From NCBI GenBank assembly GCA_951406725.2, contig OX597822.1:29140001-29204000 (forward strand): 64,000 bases of DNA, written 5' to 3'. Below the pieces are notes generated by a model. It did not search any database and was not told the DNA's origin. It saw only the letters and a program-made list of their open reading frames with translations. The translations under genes and the position numbers were made by a program. The DNA comes from Octopus vulgaris (taxonomy: Eukaryota). Positions 37,918-50,573 of this stretch are shown here, in pieces (positions within the stretch are counted from its first letter, which is position 1; each line of letters begins with the position of its first letter).

Positions 37918-38493
37918 GTATGGGATACATACATACATGCATGCATATTTATATATTTAGATTTATGCTTACTTTGGCAGTTGCATTGATGGGTTTCTAT
38001 TTTATCAACACTTTCAGAGTATCTCTGCCATTTCATATTGCTGTTTATTGGTTAGACCAAAAGTGAGTGGTCTAACCAATAGCTTTCTGTTTGTTTTTAT
38101 AAAAGCTAGCGGCTGACACTATTAGTTGCCTTGTTAAATTGTCATCGTTGAGTTCCAAGTCAGCTTTGATCATAGCTGAAGCATCATTTGATCACCATGA
38201 TCAAATGGTATTTTAGCTATGACCATTTCTTCTTTGTTTTTTGTTTCTTTTAGACATATTGTTACTAGAACTGGGTGTGGTGCTGCCTTTCTTAAGATGC
38301 TAAGATGTGATTTATGAGAGATTTGGCTACTATTTTTTGCATGTTCAGTGACAACATAAAATTCAGAATTGAAAGAGACTGCAAAATAATCCTCTATGTC
38401 AGCAACAATAAATAAACACGCAATGGAGTTCATGGACTTGCATAGTCTCATTCATACAGGTACACAGATGCACATCTCTCTCTCTCTCTTTAT

Positions 38494-38528
<35 letters not shown>

Positions 38529-38556
38529 CACACACACAAAAACACACACATCTACT

Positions 38557-38589
<33 letters not shown>

Positions 38590-38590
<1 letters not shown>

Positions 38591-38863
38591 GAGGCGCAAT
38601 GGCCTAGTGGTTAGGGTAGCAAACTCGCGGTTTCGATTCCCAGACCAGGCGTTGTGAGTGTTTATTGAGCAAAAACACCTAAAGCTCCACGAGGCTCTGG
38701 CAGGGGGTGGTGGTGATCCCTGCTATAGTCTTTCTCTCACTCTTTCTTCTGTTGGCCTGCTCGCTTACCCAGCAGGATGGTGTCATTTGAAGGCTAAAGC
38801 AGTGCGAAGCGCATTGTCACCAGCGATGTGCAGCAACATCTGATAGCCTGGTCGGTCACGATG
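38590..38863 (+). mobile_element. tRNA-head SINE (family C, tail type 3)
   Basis: GGAGGCGCAATGGCCTAGTGGTTAGGG head shared with 12013; different 3' body. Confidence 0.75.
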
Positions 38864-38897
<34 letters not shown>

Positions 38898-40094
38898 CCA
38901 CATCTACTTATATATATGCACACACATATATAGTTGTCCTAGAGGAGTTGAAAGCTCTGGGACTCTTCCCCCCTTAACAGAGAGTAGAAGACAACAAAGG
39001 AATTATGTGCCTCATTGGTGGCATAGGAAGTGGACAACAACTGGAAACGGGGGATTGTGTTCTAAAACTGAAAACTACTGCAGTTTGGGGGTAGTTAAGA
39101 GCTCCACATAAAAATTTTAAAAAAGACAAAATAGGCAGCTATCAAGATTTATCTATTTGACTTTGGTACTCCTTGAATTTTCAAAAAGTTTGCCGAGTAC
39201 AGATGATGAACAGACGAATGTTGAGGACTACCTGTAAGAAAGCTGCAGATGGGTCATAGTGCTGGATATACAGGTAGCTACAGGTGAAAATGCAAAGATG
39301 TAAACAGACAGCTGTATGGGCAAAGCCACAAATATGTACTGCTGCATTGATCAAAAGGCGCAAAGGAGAGCTGATGGGGTTCAGGATCAGGCAAAGTTGT
39401 GATGGATATACCATAGTAGATGAGAAATTTCTAGATTTAAAATTAATCAGTCATAAGGTTGTTACAGCTACTTACTACTATATTGTTGGAGTGCACTCCA
39501 AACAGGGCGGTGCTTAGGGATCTTCAGCAATAAGTTACGTGAAAGTGATGCTGAAATGTTAATTAATTTACTTTGCCGATACCGTTCAGAGATATTTGAA
39601 CATCACAGTATCAAGATCTCGACTTCTGAATTCAATAGCACTGATTATCCCTTGAGGAAGAATTTATCATCATTATTAAACATCCATCTTCCATGCTGGC
39701 ATGGGTTGGATGGTTTGATAGGAGTTGATAAGTCAGAAGACGGTGCCAAGCTCTGCTGTCTGTTTTGGCATTGCTCATACAGCTGGATGCCCTTCTTAAC
39801 AAATAGTCTAGAGCAAGACATAAGCATTCTGATTTTGGAGGATCTTGTATTGGTTGATTCCAACCAATATGCTGTGACAATTCTGGAACATTGTCATCTG
39901 TTGGTGAAAAATATATTATTAGATAAAATAATAGTCTATGATTATAAAAGTTTTTCTGAACTTATTGGACATGATGAAGATCCTGTGGAATGGTAGTGAT
40001 GCAAGTCAAGCCAAAGCCCAGTTTATCTTGCAGTATTAAGATTATCATTGTTATTCCTGTTATGCTAATATTTTTTTATATGCTTTGTTTGCAG

Positions 40095-40150
40095 AAAGAA
40101 GAAAAGATGAAGATTTTGATGAAGTAGCAGAAGAGGAACTACAAGAGGAG
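40095..40150 (+). CDS. IPO5: importin-5 exon
   Basis: ttgcag|ERRKDEDFDEVAEEELQEE|gtcagt; 56 nt. Confidence 0.93.
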
Positions 40151-41870
40151 GTCAGTGAAATATATTTGTCATTGTTTTAAGCATGGATGAAGTATGGTAC
40201 CATGCTGGTGTAAGTCGGTGGCAGAGAGGATCTCACACTGAACACCAGCAATTTTCACTTTCACTTCTCTGAGATTTTCTCTTTTTTATTAAGGCTTTTG
40301 CTGGTAGCATGATTTTTGAATGTTAGGCCTTGTGGAGGTGATGACAAATGACTGAGACCTTTGGTGATATGCTGTACACGAGAAGATTTGTCAAGCCAAG
40401 TGAAGTTGTTGTTGCGGCTGTTGCCAGTGTCATGTAAATGGTGCCCATGAAATCATAGTCGTGGCCGTTGCGGGTGTCATGTAAATACCACCTGTGCCGG
40501 TGGCATGTAAGAAGCACCCATTACACTCTTGGAGTGGTTGGTGTTAGGAAGGGCATCCAGCTGTAGAAATCATGCCAAATCAGACTGGAATCTGGTGCAG
40601 CCCTCCGGCTTACCAGTTCTAGTCAAACCGTCTAACCCATGCCAGCATGGAAAGTGGACGTTAAACAATGATGATGATGATGAAATCATTGTAGAAAGTA
40701 GAAAACTAGTTAACGTTGTGACAGTAGTAACATCAGCACTAATAGTAACTGTGTAATTTGGTAAAAAATTAACATCCTCACTACCACATGTACCACTGGT
40801 GGTTCATTGCAAATTTCACACTACTGCCATATGTAGCACCACTGATATGTTTTCATAATTTGAGAAAATATTTTATTCTGTGTTTTTGACATGGTTTCAA
40901 GGATATTTAAATAACTTCATTACCAGATGTAATGTATAATTACAAACATTTGAAATGGCTATTTGTAAGTAACATAGTTCTATAGAGACTAATAATAAAT
41001 AAAAGCTATCACCATAGCTGGCAAAAGGATTTGTATATCTGCCTCCAACTTGAGTTAAATACAAAATATTCACTTCAGTTACAGTCTATAGCAACTACTG
41101 GACTGAGGGCTCAAATTTTGTTGTAATGATAAATTTTGTCTTATTCTGAAAATTTTAGTGGAATTTTCTTAAAAGTTTCCAAAAGTGCTTCGTTCTTTTA
41201 TATAGTAAATTCATGTTCAGAGCAGTTGTGGATGTTTGAGCATTGGATTTTAGGCTTGAAATTTGCAGTTTTATTAAAAGCTTTCTCTTGCCTTAGATCC
41301 ATAAAATGTCTGTTGTGAATACATTGGGATCATGGACATATGTGGCCTAGTGGTTGAGGTGTTGGACTCGTAATCATAAGATTGTGGTTACAATTCCTGG
41401 ACCAGGCGACACGTGTTCTTGATCTTGGACCATGTGCTTCTAGATGTCGAAAAATATAATATGGTTATGATTGGAACAGCTTTAATCTGGCTTGATCTGG
41501 GGCTTATACATCTGTTACATTAAGATTGACCTTAAAGGAATTAGTGTGTGAAGTTTGGGCTCAGCTAAAGTGCTGCTGTGTCCCCTTTTTGCATGGCACA
41601 TAACACTGACCATATTACTGCTGTCCTTTTCTATCATACCTGGTAATGATATTCCACACAAAATCTTGATTGTCCAGTCTAATATTCCATAACACACACT
41701 CAGTTCAATATGTATTGTTGGAGGCAAAGGCCATGCACTGAGTAACAAACATGTCTGCATACATTTCAGTTTTCTCAAAAATATTTTTTAAGTATGTTCG
41801 AAATAAAACATGTTGAGTAGTTTTCTCATTTATATAAATTCTAATTATGACTCCTTTCTGATTTCTGTAG

Positions 41871-41993
41871 GACCTTGAAGATGTTTACATTTTGAGCAAA
41901 ATTTCTGATATCATTCATGCATTGTTTGGTACCCATAAAAAAGATTTTATTCCAATATTTGATACAATGTCACAGCATTTTGCTAAGCTGCTA
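41871..41993 (+). CDS. IPO5: importin-5 exon
   Basis: ctgtag|DLEDVYILSKISDIIHALFGTHKKDFIPIFDTMSQHFAKLL|gtaagt; 123 nt. Confidence 0.95.
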
Positions 41994-42846
41994 GTAAGTA
42001 CCGTTTTTCAATTTTGTGTTATCTGAAACTCTTCAGTGCCTCTTGTATGCTTATAATTTTTGTAGTTGTATTTAATGTGTGTGAGGGTGTTTAATTAAAT
42101 GTAATCTCTTTGGTTGAGAAAGCCCTTTGAATCACAGGTACAATCCATCTGACAGGCCTCTAGTTTCCATTTACCCATTTTCTCTCAGAATGATGAGTCA
42201 GCTTGTGGCTATATGGGTAAATAGCAATATTTCAAGATGCCACACAGCAGGATTGAACATAAGACCACATGATTCTTAACCATTCAGTCACACCAGAATC
42301 CTTGACATCAGTGATAGTTTGATGTTGTCTCCATGGCCTAGGTACTGATTGGGGTGTGTTTAGCTATCAGGGTAGGGGACTGTATTCAAGCAAGTCTTTC
42401 GACATTAAGAATGAGTGCAGGATGAAAATGGCCACAAACTAGCAGCAATATCCTAATTTTAAAGTATGATTCAAGGCAGTGAACTGGAAAAATTGTGGCA
42501 TTTCATCCATCTTTACATTCTAAGTTCACATTCTGCTGAGGTCAACTTTGCCTTTCATCCTTTCAGTATCAATAAAATGAGTACCAGTAAAGCATTGGGA
42601 TAGATGTAATTGGCTTAGCCTCCACTGAAATTGTTGGCGTTGTTTCAAAATTTGAGACCAATATTAAAGTATGATTCTTAGACTTGCTGGTATCGTTAGA
42701 TATATGGAATATACAAAATAACATTGTGCAGGAGTGGCTGTGAGTTCAGTCCCACTGCATGGCGTGCTGGGCAAGTGTCTTCTACTATAGCCTCCGGCCA
42801 ACCAATATCCTGTGAATGGATTTGGTAGACAGAAACTGAAAGAAGC

Positions 42847-42903
<57 letters not shown>

Positions 42904-43737
42904 CTGTGTTTGTCCTCCCCTCCCATCATCGCTTGACAACCGATGTTGGTGTGTTTACATACCCGTAACTTTGCAGTTCAGCAAAAGAGACCGATAGAAT
43001 AAGTACTAGGCTTACAAAGAATAAGTCCTGGGGTTGATTTGTTCAACAAAAGCCAGAGCTCCAGCATGGCCACAGTCGAATGGCTGAAACAAGTATAAAG
43101 GTTGCATAATTAGTTCAGTTTTTATCTAGCAGTCTATATGGCAGCATTCCTCTCTGTGAATGCTGCCATATAGACTGCTAGATACCAACAATCGAAACCA
43201 CAATTTAAGTGCTAGAATTCCATTGGTCCAAAATGACTATTATAGATCCAAGTATTGGTTTCAGTCATTGGACTTGCATACATGATGAGGCAGCACCTTG
43301 AATTGAATATACTGACCATATTTCAGTCTTTGTACATATTTCATAGAATGGCTGTTTTTTCCCCCCATCCTGTTACTCTTTTACCCTATGATAAAGGGAC
43401 ATAATTTGGTGTTCCAGTTATTGCTCAGGCAATAGCACATGTGCACGCACACGACAGGCTTCCACATAATTTTTGCTTACCAAATTCCATTCACAAGGTA
43501 TTGATTAGCCAATGTTTACAGCAGAGGACCTTTATCCAAAGTGGTACATTGAAGAATTAAACTGGGAAACATAATTGCAAAGTAAATATATTAACCCTGT
43601 AGCTATGTGTGCACCTATCTGTTTCTCTCTATCTCTATCATTTAGAGACAATTGGAGATTCTTCATGTTTTCAGTAATAAATATAAATTTTGTAGATTTT
43701 ATCATTTGATCTGTTATTTCTATTATCACCACCACAG

Positions 43738-43812
43738 AATCCAGACCGACCCTGGGCTGACCGACAATGGGGGTTGTGTGTTTGGGATGATGTTGTTGAA
43801 CATACAGATGTT
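43738..43812 (+). CDS. IPO5: importin-5 exon
   Basis: ccacag|[25 protein letters not shown]|gtaagt; 75 nt. Confidence 0.95.
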
Positions 43813-45328
43813 GTAAGTACAAGCTCTTTTACTTTGTCTGTTTCATAAAGTCATTTATTTATATTGGACTACGCGTTTCTTGTATGTGTGTAATTAGATA
43901 TGAAACTTAAAACTGCAAACCCTTGTTTTAATTCTTTTATTGATTGCAGTCTTTTAAACTGTGACCATACTAGGACATCACCTTCAAGTATATAGATCAA
44001 TTGGAATTAACCCAGTACATATTTTATTGGCTGTTACTAATTTGATTGATCTCAGAAGTACAGAAACCAAAATAGATTTGAGATAATAAAAAAAAAAATT
44101 TAATCAGTCGGGGTGGGGCATCTTTCTGGAAACATGCTTGAATTATTGAGCAGTAGATGTGATGCTTGCCATTATGTCTAGTTAAAAGTCAGTAAATGGT
44201 AGCACATTTTAGACTGCATATAACCCAGAATCACCTTACTGGCACCTGTGCCGTTGGCATGTGTAAAAAAAATAAAAAATAAAAATTCGAGCAAGGTCGT
44301 TGCCAGTACCACTTGACTGGTCCCCTCTCAGTGTGGTTGGCATGAGGAAGGGCATCCAGCTGTAGAAACTCTGCCAGATCAAGACTGGAGCCTGGTGCAG
44401 CCGTCTGGTTCGCCAGCCCACAGTCAAACCATCCAACCCATGCTAGCATGGAAAGCGGACATTAGATGATGATGATGATGGTAGTCCAGTTATTAACACA
44501 TACGTATAGAGCAGGTAATTAAGGTCTTATTATCCCACAGTAGGGTTAAAATGTTTTGATATGGTATGGCACAAAATGGCTTCAAATGCAAAGCCTGTGG
44601 AATGTCATATGAAGAAGGGGTATGACAGAAAACTGTTTTGTATAGTGCACTACTTTACTATGAAATTTACTACAGTTGCTGAGCCTCCCCAAAACAGGTG
44701 GATAGCTACAAACACTTAAAACTCAAAGCAGTATTATATACCAAGAAAATTTTGAGAAACAGAAAGTAAACCCTTGTTATCATTGCTTTAAAAGAAAATT
44801 ATTATTTTAAGTTGGGTCTGGTGAGTTGGCAAAATTGTTAGCACACTGGGCAAAATGCTGTCTTTACATTGAAATACTGCTAAAGTCAAGTGTGCCTTTT
44901 ATCCTTTCGGAGTCAATAAAATAAGTTCCAGTTCTTTGAGTACTGGAATCGCTGTAATTGACTGTCCCTTTTCCACCATATTTCAGGCCTTGTGCCTATA
45001 GTAGAAAGGATTGTTGTTATTATTACTAAGGCAGCAGAATTGTGAACATGCTGCACAAAATACTTTGTGGTATTTCTTCTGGCTCATAACATTGCAAGTT
45101 CAGGGTCGATGAAATAAATACCATTTCAGTGCTGGGATTGACTGTAGTTGACTACCTCTCCCACTAATTTCCAGGCCTTGTGCCTATAGAAGGGATTGTT
45201 TAATACTATTATTTTAATTACTGCTTCTACTTCTATTGTTACTTTTTCTATACATTAAAAGGAGAAATGTAAATATCAAAGTATTTCATAATTCATTCTT
45301 GTTCTTTCGTTACTTTTTATTTTATTAG

Positions 45329-45473
45329 GCAGCAATTAAGTACAGAGACTTTTTTGTGCCCCAAATGGTTCAGTCAATCTGTGATAAACGTCCTGAAGTT
45401 CGCCAGGCTGCATCGTACGGCATTGGTGTCATGGCAATGTTTGCAGAACCTGTTTTTCATCAAGTCTGTGTCG
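45329..45473 (+). CDS. IPO5: importin-5 exon
   Basis: tattag|AAIKYRDFFVPQMVQSICDKRPEVRQAASYGIGVMAMFAEPVFHQVCV|gtgagt; 145 nt. Confidence 0.95.
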
Positions 45474-47479
45474 GTGAGTTATTTAATCCATCCTTTTACA
45501 TATTCCGTCTTCTGGTTCCACCTGTTTTTGTTTGTTTATCATCTAACTATGTTTAAAGAGAGCATGGACAAAAAACAAAAAAAATCAAATGCTATAGCTA
45601 TATGGTGAAGAAATTTGCTTCTTAATTAGATTTTTCTTGGTTTTATTGCATTCCTTGGCCCTTTCAGTAAGCATCTTGTATTCTGACCCTGGGCCAACCA
45701 CTATCATGTGCATAAAATTTAGCTGACAGAAGCTAAGCAGAAGTCCACCATTCCTTATATATAATTGTATGTATATGTGTATGTATGTACACACATATAG
45801 TCATGATCAGCCTGTTTCTTGTAAAAGTTTAGTAAATGTGTACTCTACTAAAAAGTATTGAGTAATCCTTCAGGTTAATCTTAAATAAACAACATAAAAC
45901 AAACATTAATGTTACATCACATATTTATTATATTAATGAGAGTGTATGTTTGTATACCACTGAAAGGATCTGAAAATGCATCCTTGAGAAAAATAGATTT
46001 GATTTTCAAAATCTACATCCTAGGCATAGGAGTGGCTGTGTGGTAAGCAGCTTACTTACGAACCACATGGTTCCAGGTTCAATGCCACTGAATGGCCTTA
46101 CATACTCACTTGACCTACTAATAGAAAAATTTTAAAAACAGGCACAGGCGTGGGTGTGTGCTAAGAAGCTTGCTTCCCAGCCACATGGTTCTGGGTTCAG
46201 TCCCACTGCATGGCACTTTGGGCAAGTGTCTTCTACTATAGTCTCGGGCTGACCAAAGCCTTGTGAGTGGACTTGGTAGACAGAAACTGAAAGAAGCCCG
46301 TCATGTGTATGTGTGTGTATACGTTTGTGTGCCCCGCCCCCAACATCGCTTGACTACCGATGCTGGTGTGTTTATGTCCCCGTAACTTAGCGGTTCGGTC
46401 AAAGAGACTGATAGAATAAGTACTAGGCTTACAAAGAATAAGTCCTGGGGTCGATTTTGGAAACAAGTAAAAGAGAGTATCCCAAGGAGGTTTTCAGTAA
46501 ATAGTGATCAAAAAATATATTTTGATACAAGAAATAACTCAACTTTCAGATCACCAAATTTACCTCTCTATATACATATATATTTACACCCTCTCTCTCT
46601 CTCTCACTGTCTCTCACACACAGAAAATTCTAGCTTCGAAGTCTTGTTTTTTGATTGGGTAAAAATTTATCAAAATTTAAATATCTGTCACATTTTTCTA
46701 AAATTTTGCTGGATTAACCCTTTCGTTACTGTATTTCTTTTGAGATGCTGTGTTTCTTTCAATTTTTTTAAATATAACAAAGAATTTAGTAAAAATAACT
46801 TAGTTATCATTCAGCTAGTGTTAGGAACATAAATTGTCACTAAGGTTTGGTGGAAGATGTTAATTCAAAACTTATGAAAACAAGACATTTGTACTTATAG
46901 AGCCAAAGGTGGTTTCAGGTGGGTTGGTATCAAAATGGCTAAATGGATCACAATATCAGATTCAGCATGAAAATTTCAAAATTTGTGATCAAAACAAGAA
47001 AATATCCCCTCTCTCTATCTGTCTCTTTGCTAAATAGAATAAGCATTTTAAGGCTGTTTAATTGTCCTAGAGCAAGGATTAACAGGGGATGGGGTGACAT
47101 ATGTTATAGAGGGAGCTGCAGCTGTGAGGAATGTTGAGTTGAATCTTGGAAATGGTATGAAGGTAGAAGACATGAAAACATTTTGTTGCTTTGTGGGGCA
47201 TGTTGGATGGAGGGAGAAGATTGAACTCAGTGACAGTGGCTGGAATGAGAGCCATATTTAAGAGGAATACTAATACCATCAGTGAAACTGAACCCAAAAC
47301 AGTGGTTGCAAAGCAAGCTTCTTAACCATAAAACCATACCTGAAATATATTTTTGGCCCTGAAGAGGAAGGCCTGTTTTAGGGGATCAAAATTTTTGTTG
47401 TTAAGAATACAATGTCATCAGTGAGTGTGAGTCTTTGTATTTTATTGTTCATCGAGATTTTGCATTTCCTTTCTGCCAG

Positions 47480-47708
47480 AATCTTTACCAATGTTAGTGA
47501 AAGTAATCCAACTACAAGATTCTCGAGAACCAGAAAACCTTAGTGCCACAGAGAACATCATTTCAGCTGTTACCAAAATCTGCAAATATTGTCCAAACCA
47601 CGTCAACGTAGATGATATTCTGCCTCATTGGCTCAGCTGGTTGCCAATTTGGGAAGACGAAGACGAAGCAGAGCATGTCTACAACTACCTTTGTGATCTA
47701 ATTCAAAT
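47480..47708 (+). CDS. IPO5: importin-5 exon
   Basis: tgccag|ESLPMLVKVIQLQDSREPENLSATENIISAVTKICKY...HWLSWLPIWEDEDEAEHVYNYLCDLIQ|gtaagc; 229 nt. Confidence 0.96.
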
Positions 47709-50431
47709 GTAAGCATACATTCTTGTATTCAATTTGCAAACATAAAAATAAAGTAGCCTTTATATGTTGTTTGACCTGACAGAATCATCATCACCACTAT
47801 AAGGCGGCGAGCTGGCAGAATCGTTAGCACGCTGGGCGAAATTCTTAGTGGTATTTCATTTGCCACTATGTTCTGAGTTCAAATTCCGCCAAGGTCGACT
47901 TTGCCTTTCATCCTTTCGGGGTCGATTAAACAAGTACCAGTTACGCACTGGGGTTGATATAATCGACTTAATCCGTTTGTCTCTCCTTGTTTGACCCCTC
48001 TGTGTGTAGCCCCTTGTGGGCAGTAAAGAAATAAGAATCATCATCTTAATTATCATTTAACGTCTGTTTTCCATTCTGACATGGGTTGAATAGTTTGACA
48101 GGAGCTGACAAGCTGGAGAGCTGCATCAGGCTCCAGTCATCTGTTTTGGCATGGTTTCCATGGCTGGATGCCTTTCCTAATGCCAACCACTTTACAGTGT
48201 GTTCTGGGTGCTTTTTCTGTGATGCCAGCACAGATGCTTTTTACATAGAACCAGCATGAGTGCCTCTTACGTGGTACGAGTACGGGTGCATTTTATGTTG
48301 CATTAGCACAGGTGCTTTTTACATGTTGATTCCTTCTCGAACCACGTCTGGCTCATAAGGGACGGTTTCCCTGTTTCCTTGGCGTATAGGTTCCCCACCT
48401 GGACAAGACGCCAGTCTGTCGCAGGTGTGCTGCAAGATGCAGGAGGAAAGAGTGAGAGCAAGTTGTGGCGAAAGAGTCAGCAGAAGTTCGCCATTACCTT
48501 CTGCCGGAGCTGCGTGGAGCTTAGGTGTTTTGCTCATAAACACACACAAAGCCCGGTCTGTAATTTGAACCTGTGATCCCTCGACCGCAAGTCCACTGCT
48601 CTAACCACTAGGCCATGTGCCTCCACTACATGGCACCAGCCAAATCTCAAATCATAATTCTATTGCCATCATGATTTAGCGTTCACTTTTCCATGCTTGC
48701 ATGGGTCAGACAGAACCTGTAGAGGCAGCATCTGTACAGCTAGGTGCCCTTCCTGTTGTCAACCCTCGCCTGTTTCCCATGGTCAAATATATTTTTCACA
48801 GAAAACTGAAAATAAATAACATTTGTATGACAGGGATTCTTAATTGCAATCATCATGTGATGCTCAGATAAGAACGTGCATACACAGAGAACAGTCTTTC
48901 AGTTTCCATCTACCAAATCCACTCACAAGACTTTGCTTTACTTGGTGCTATAATAGCAGACACTAGGCCCAAGTGCTACACAGTAAGACTGAATCCAACA
49001 CCACATGACTGGGAAACAAGTTTCTTAACCACACAACCATTTTTGCACCTCAATATTGAGCGATACAATCTGAAATAACCTGTCTGAATAACATAAAACC
49101 AGAATGATTATGGAAAGAATGCCTTTGACCATATTGTGCTTAGTAAATACTACCTTGGGCTAAATAACAACATATAAGATAAATCAGTGTATCTTCTTTA
49201 TCTTTTATTTTTTATTTATTTGCCATTGGAGTGTAGCCATGCTGGAGCACTGTCTTGAAGGGTTTTAAGTCTACTACTTATTCTTTTGGTGTCTTTCACC
49301 AAACTGCTATGTTAAGGGGTGTAAACAAACCAGTGCTGGTTGTCAAGTGGTTCAGTACGGGGGGAGCAGAAACTGCCCCTAAACACACACATGCACTCAC
49401 ATATACATGGCATGCTTCCACTACCAAATCTACTCACAGGGCATTTGTTAGTCTGGGGCTATAATAGAATACACTTGCCCCAGGTACTGTGTAATTTTTT
49501 TTCTTAATTTTTACCATTTTACTTATTTTGGAATACATTTTTAGAATTCTTTTTGTGAATGAATCAAAATCAAACTCAAATACGATGACTGGCGTCCATC
49601 CTAGCGGGGTGCAAAGAGCCCCATACGAGTGTGATCATTGACAGAGTGGCTAACCGGCTTCCATGCCAGTGGCACTTAAAAGGCACCATTCGAGCGTGAT
49701 TGTTACCAGTGTCGCCTTACTGGCACTCAAGCCCCGTGCTAGTAGGGTATTAAGAGCACCATCTGAGCGTGATCGTTGCCAGAGCAGCTATTTGGCCTCC
49801 GTGCCGGTGGCACGTAAAAGACACCATTCGAGCATGATCTTTACCAGCATCGCCTTACTGGCACCTGTGTCGATGGCATGTGTAAAAGATTCGAGCAAGG
49901 TCGTTGCCAGTACCGTCTGACTGGCGCGTAAAAGCACCCACTACACTCTCGGAGTGGTTGGCGTTAGGAAGAGCATCCAGCTGTAGAAACTTTGCCAGAT
50001 CAAGATTGAAGCCTGGTGCAGCCATCTGTTTCGCCAGCCCTCAGTCATTCGTCCAACCCTTGCTAGCATGGAAAACGGACGTTAAACGATGAGGATGATG
50101 ACGACGACAAATGTAGTTACTTCATATCTTGAATTAATGTTTCCTACCTTTTACTTCTAATTTGTGAAAGCATGTGGCCTTATGGTTAGAGTGTGGCACT
50201 CAAGGTTGCAAAATCTTGAATTGGGTGGTGTGTCGCTTTCCTGAGCAAAGCACTTCATCCCACATTGCGCCAATCCACCCAGCAATACTACAACAGGCTG
50301 GCATCCTGTTCAGGGTGGGTATGTTGTGGTTTCAGTCAATTATGCGCCGTAGAAACCTGAGAACCTCAGCTGTATGAATCCTTGTCCAGGAGACTTACTA
50401 CTTTTACTTTTATTATTAATTTTTATTTCAG

Positions 50432-50573
50432 AAACAATGTGATAATTCTCGGAGAAAATAACAACAACTTACCCAGAATTTTCGACATTATGGCAACAAC
50501 TTTTCACAAAGAAGTTTTGAAAGCAGATAATCCTGTTTATCAAAGAATGCTCAATATTCTGAGGCAAGCCCAG
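50432..50573 (+). CDS. IPO5: importin-5 exon
   Basis: tttcag|NNVIILGENNNNLPRIFDIMATTFHKEVLKADNPVYQRMLNILRQAQ|gtaaaa; 142 nt. Confidence 0.94.

Noticed and set aside
45326-45332. Alternative acceptor TAG/GCAG
   Set aside because: The second AG is 4 nt downstream and would frameshift; only the TAG site keeps the importin-5 frame.
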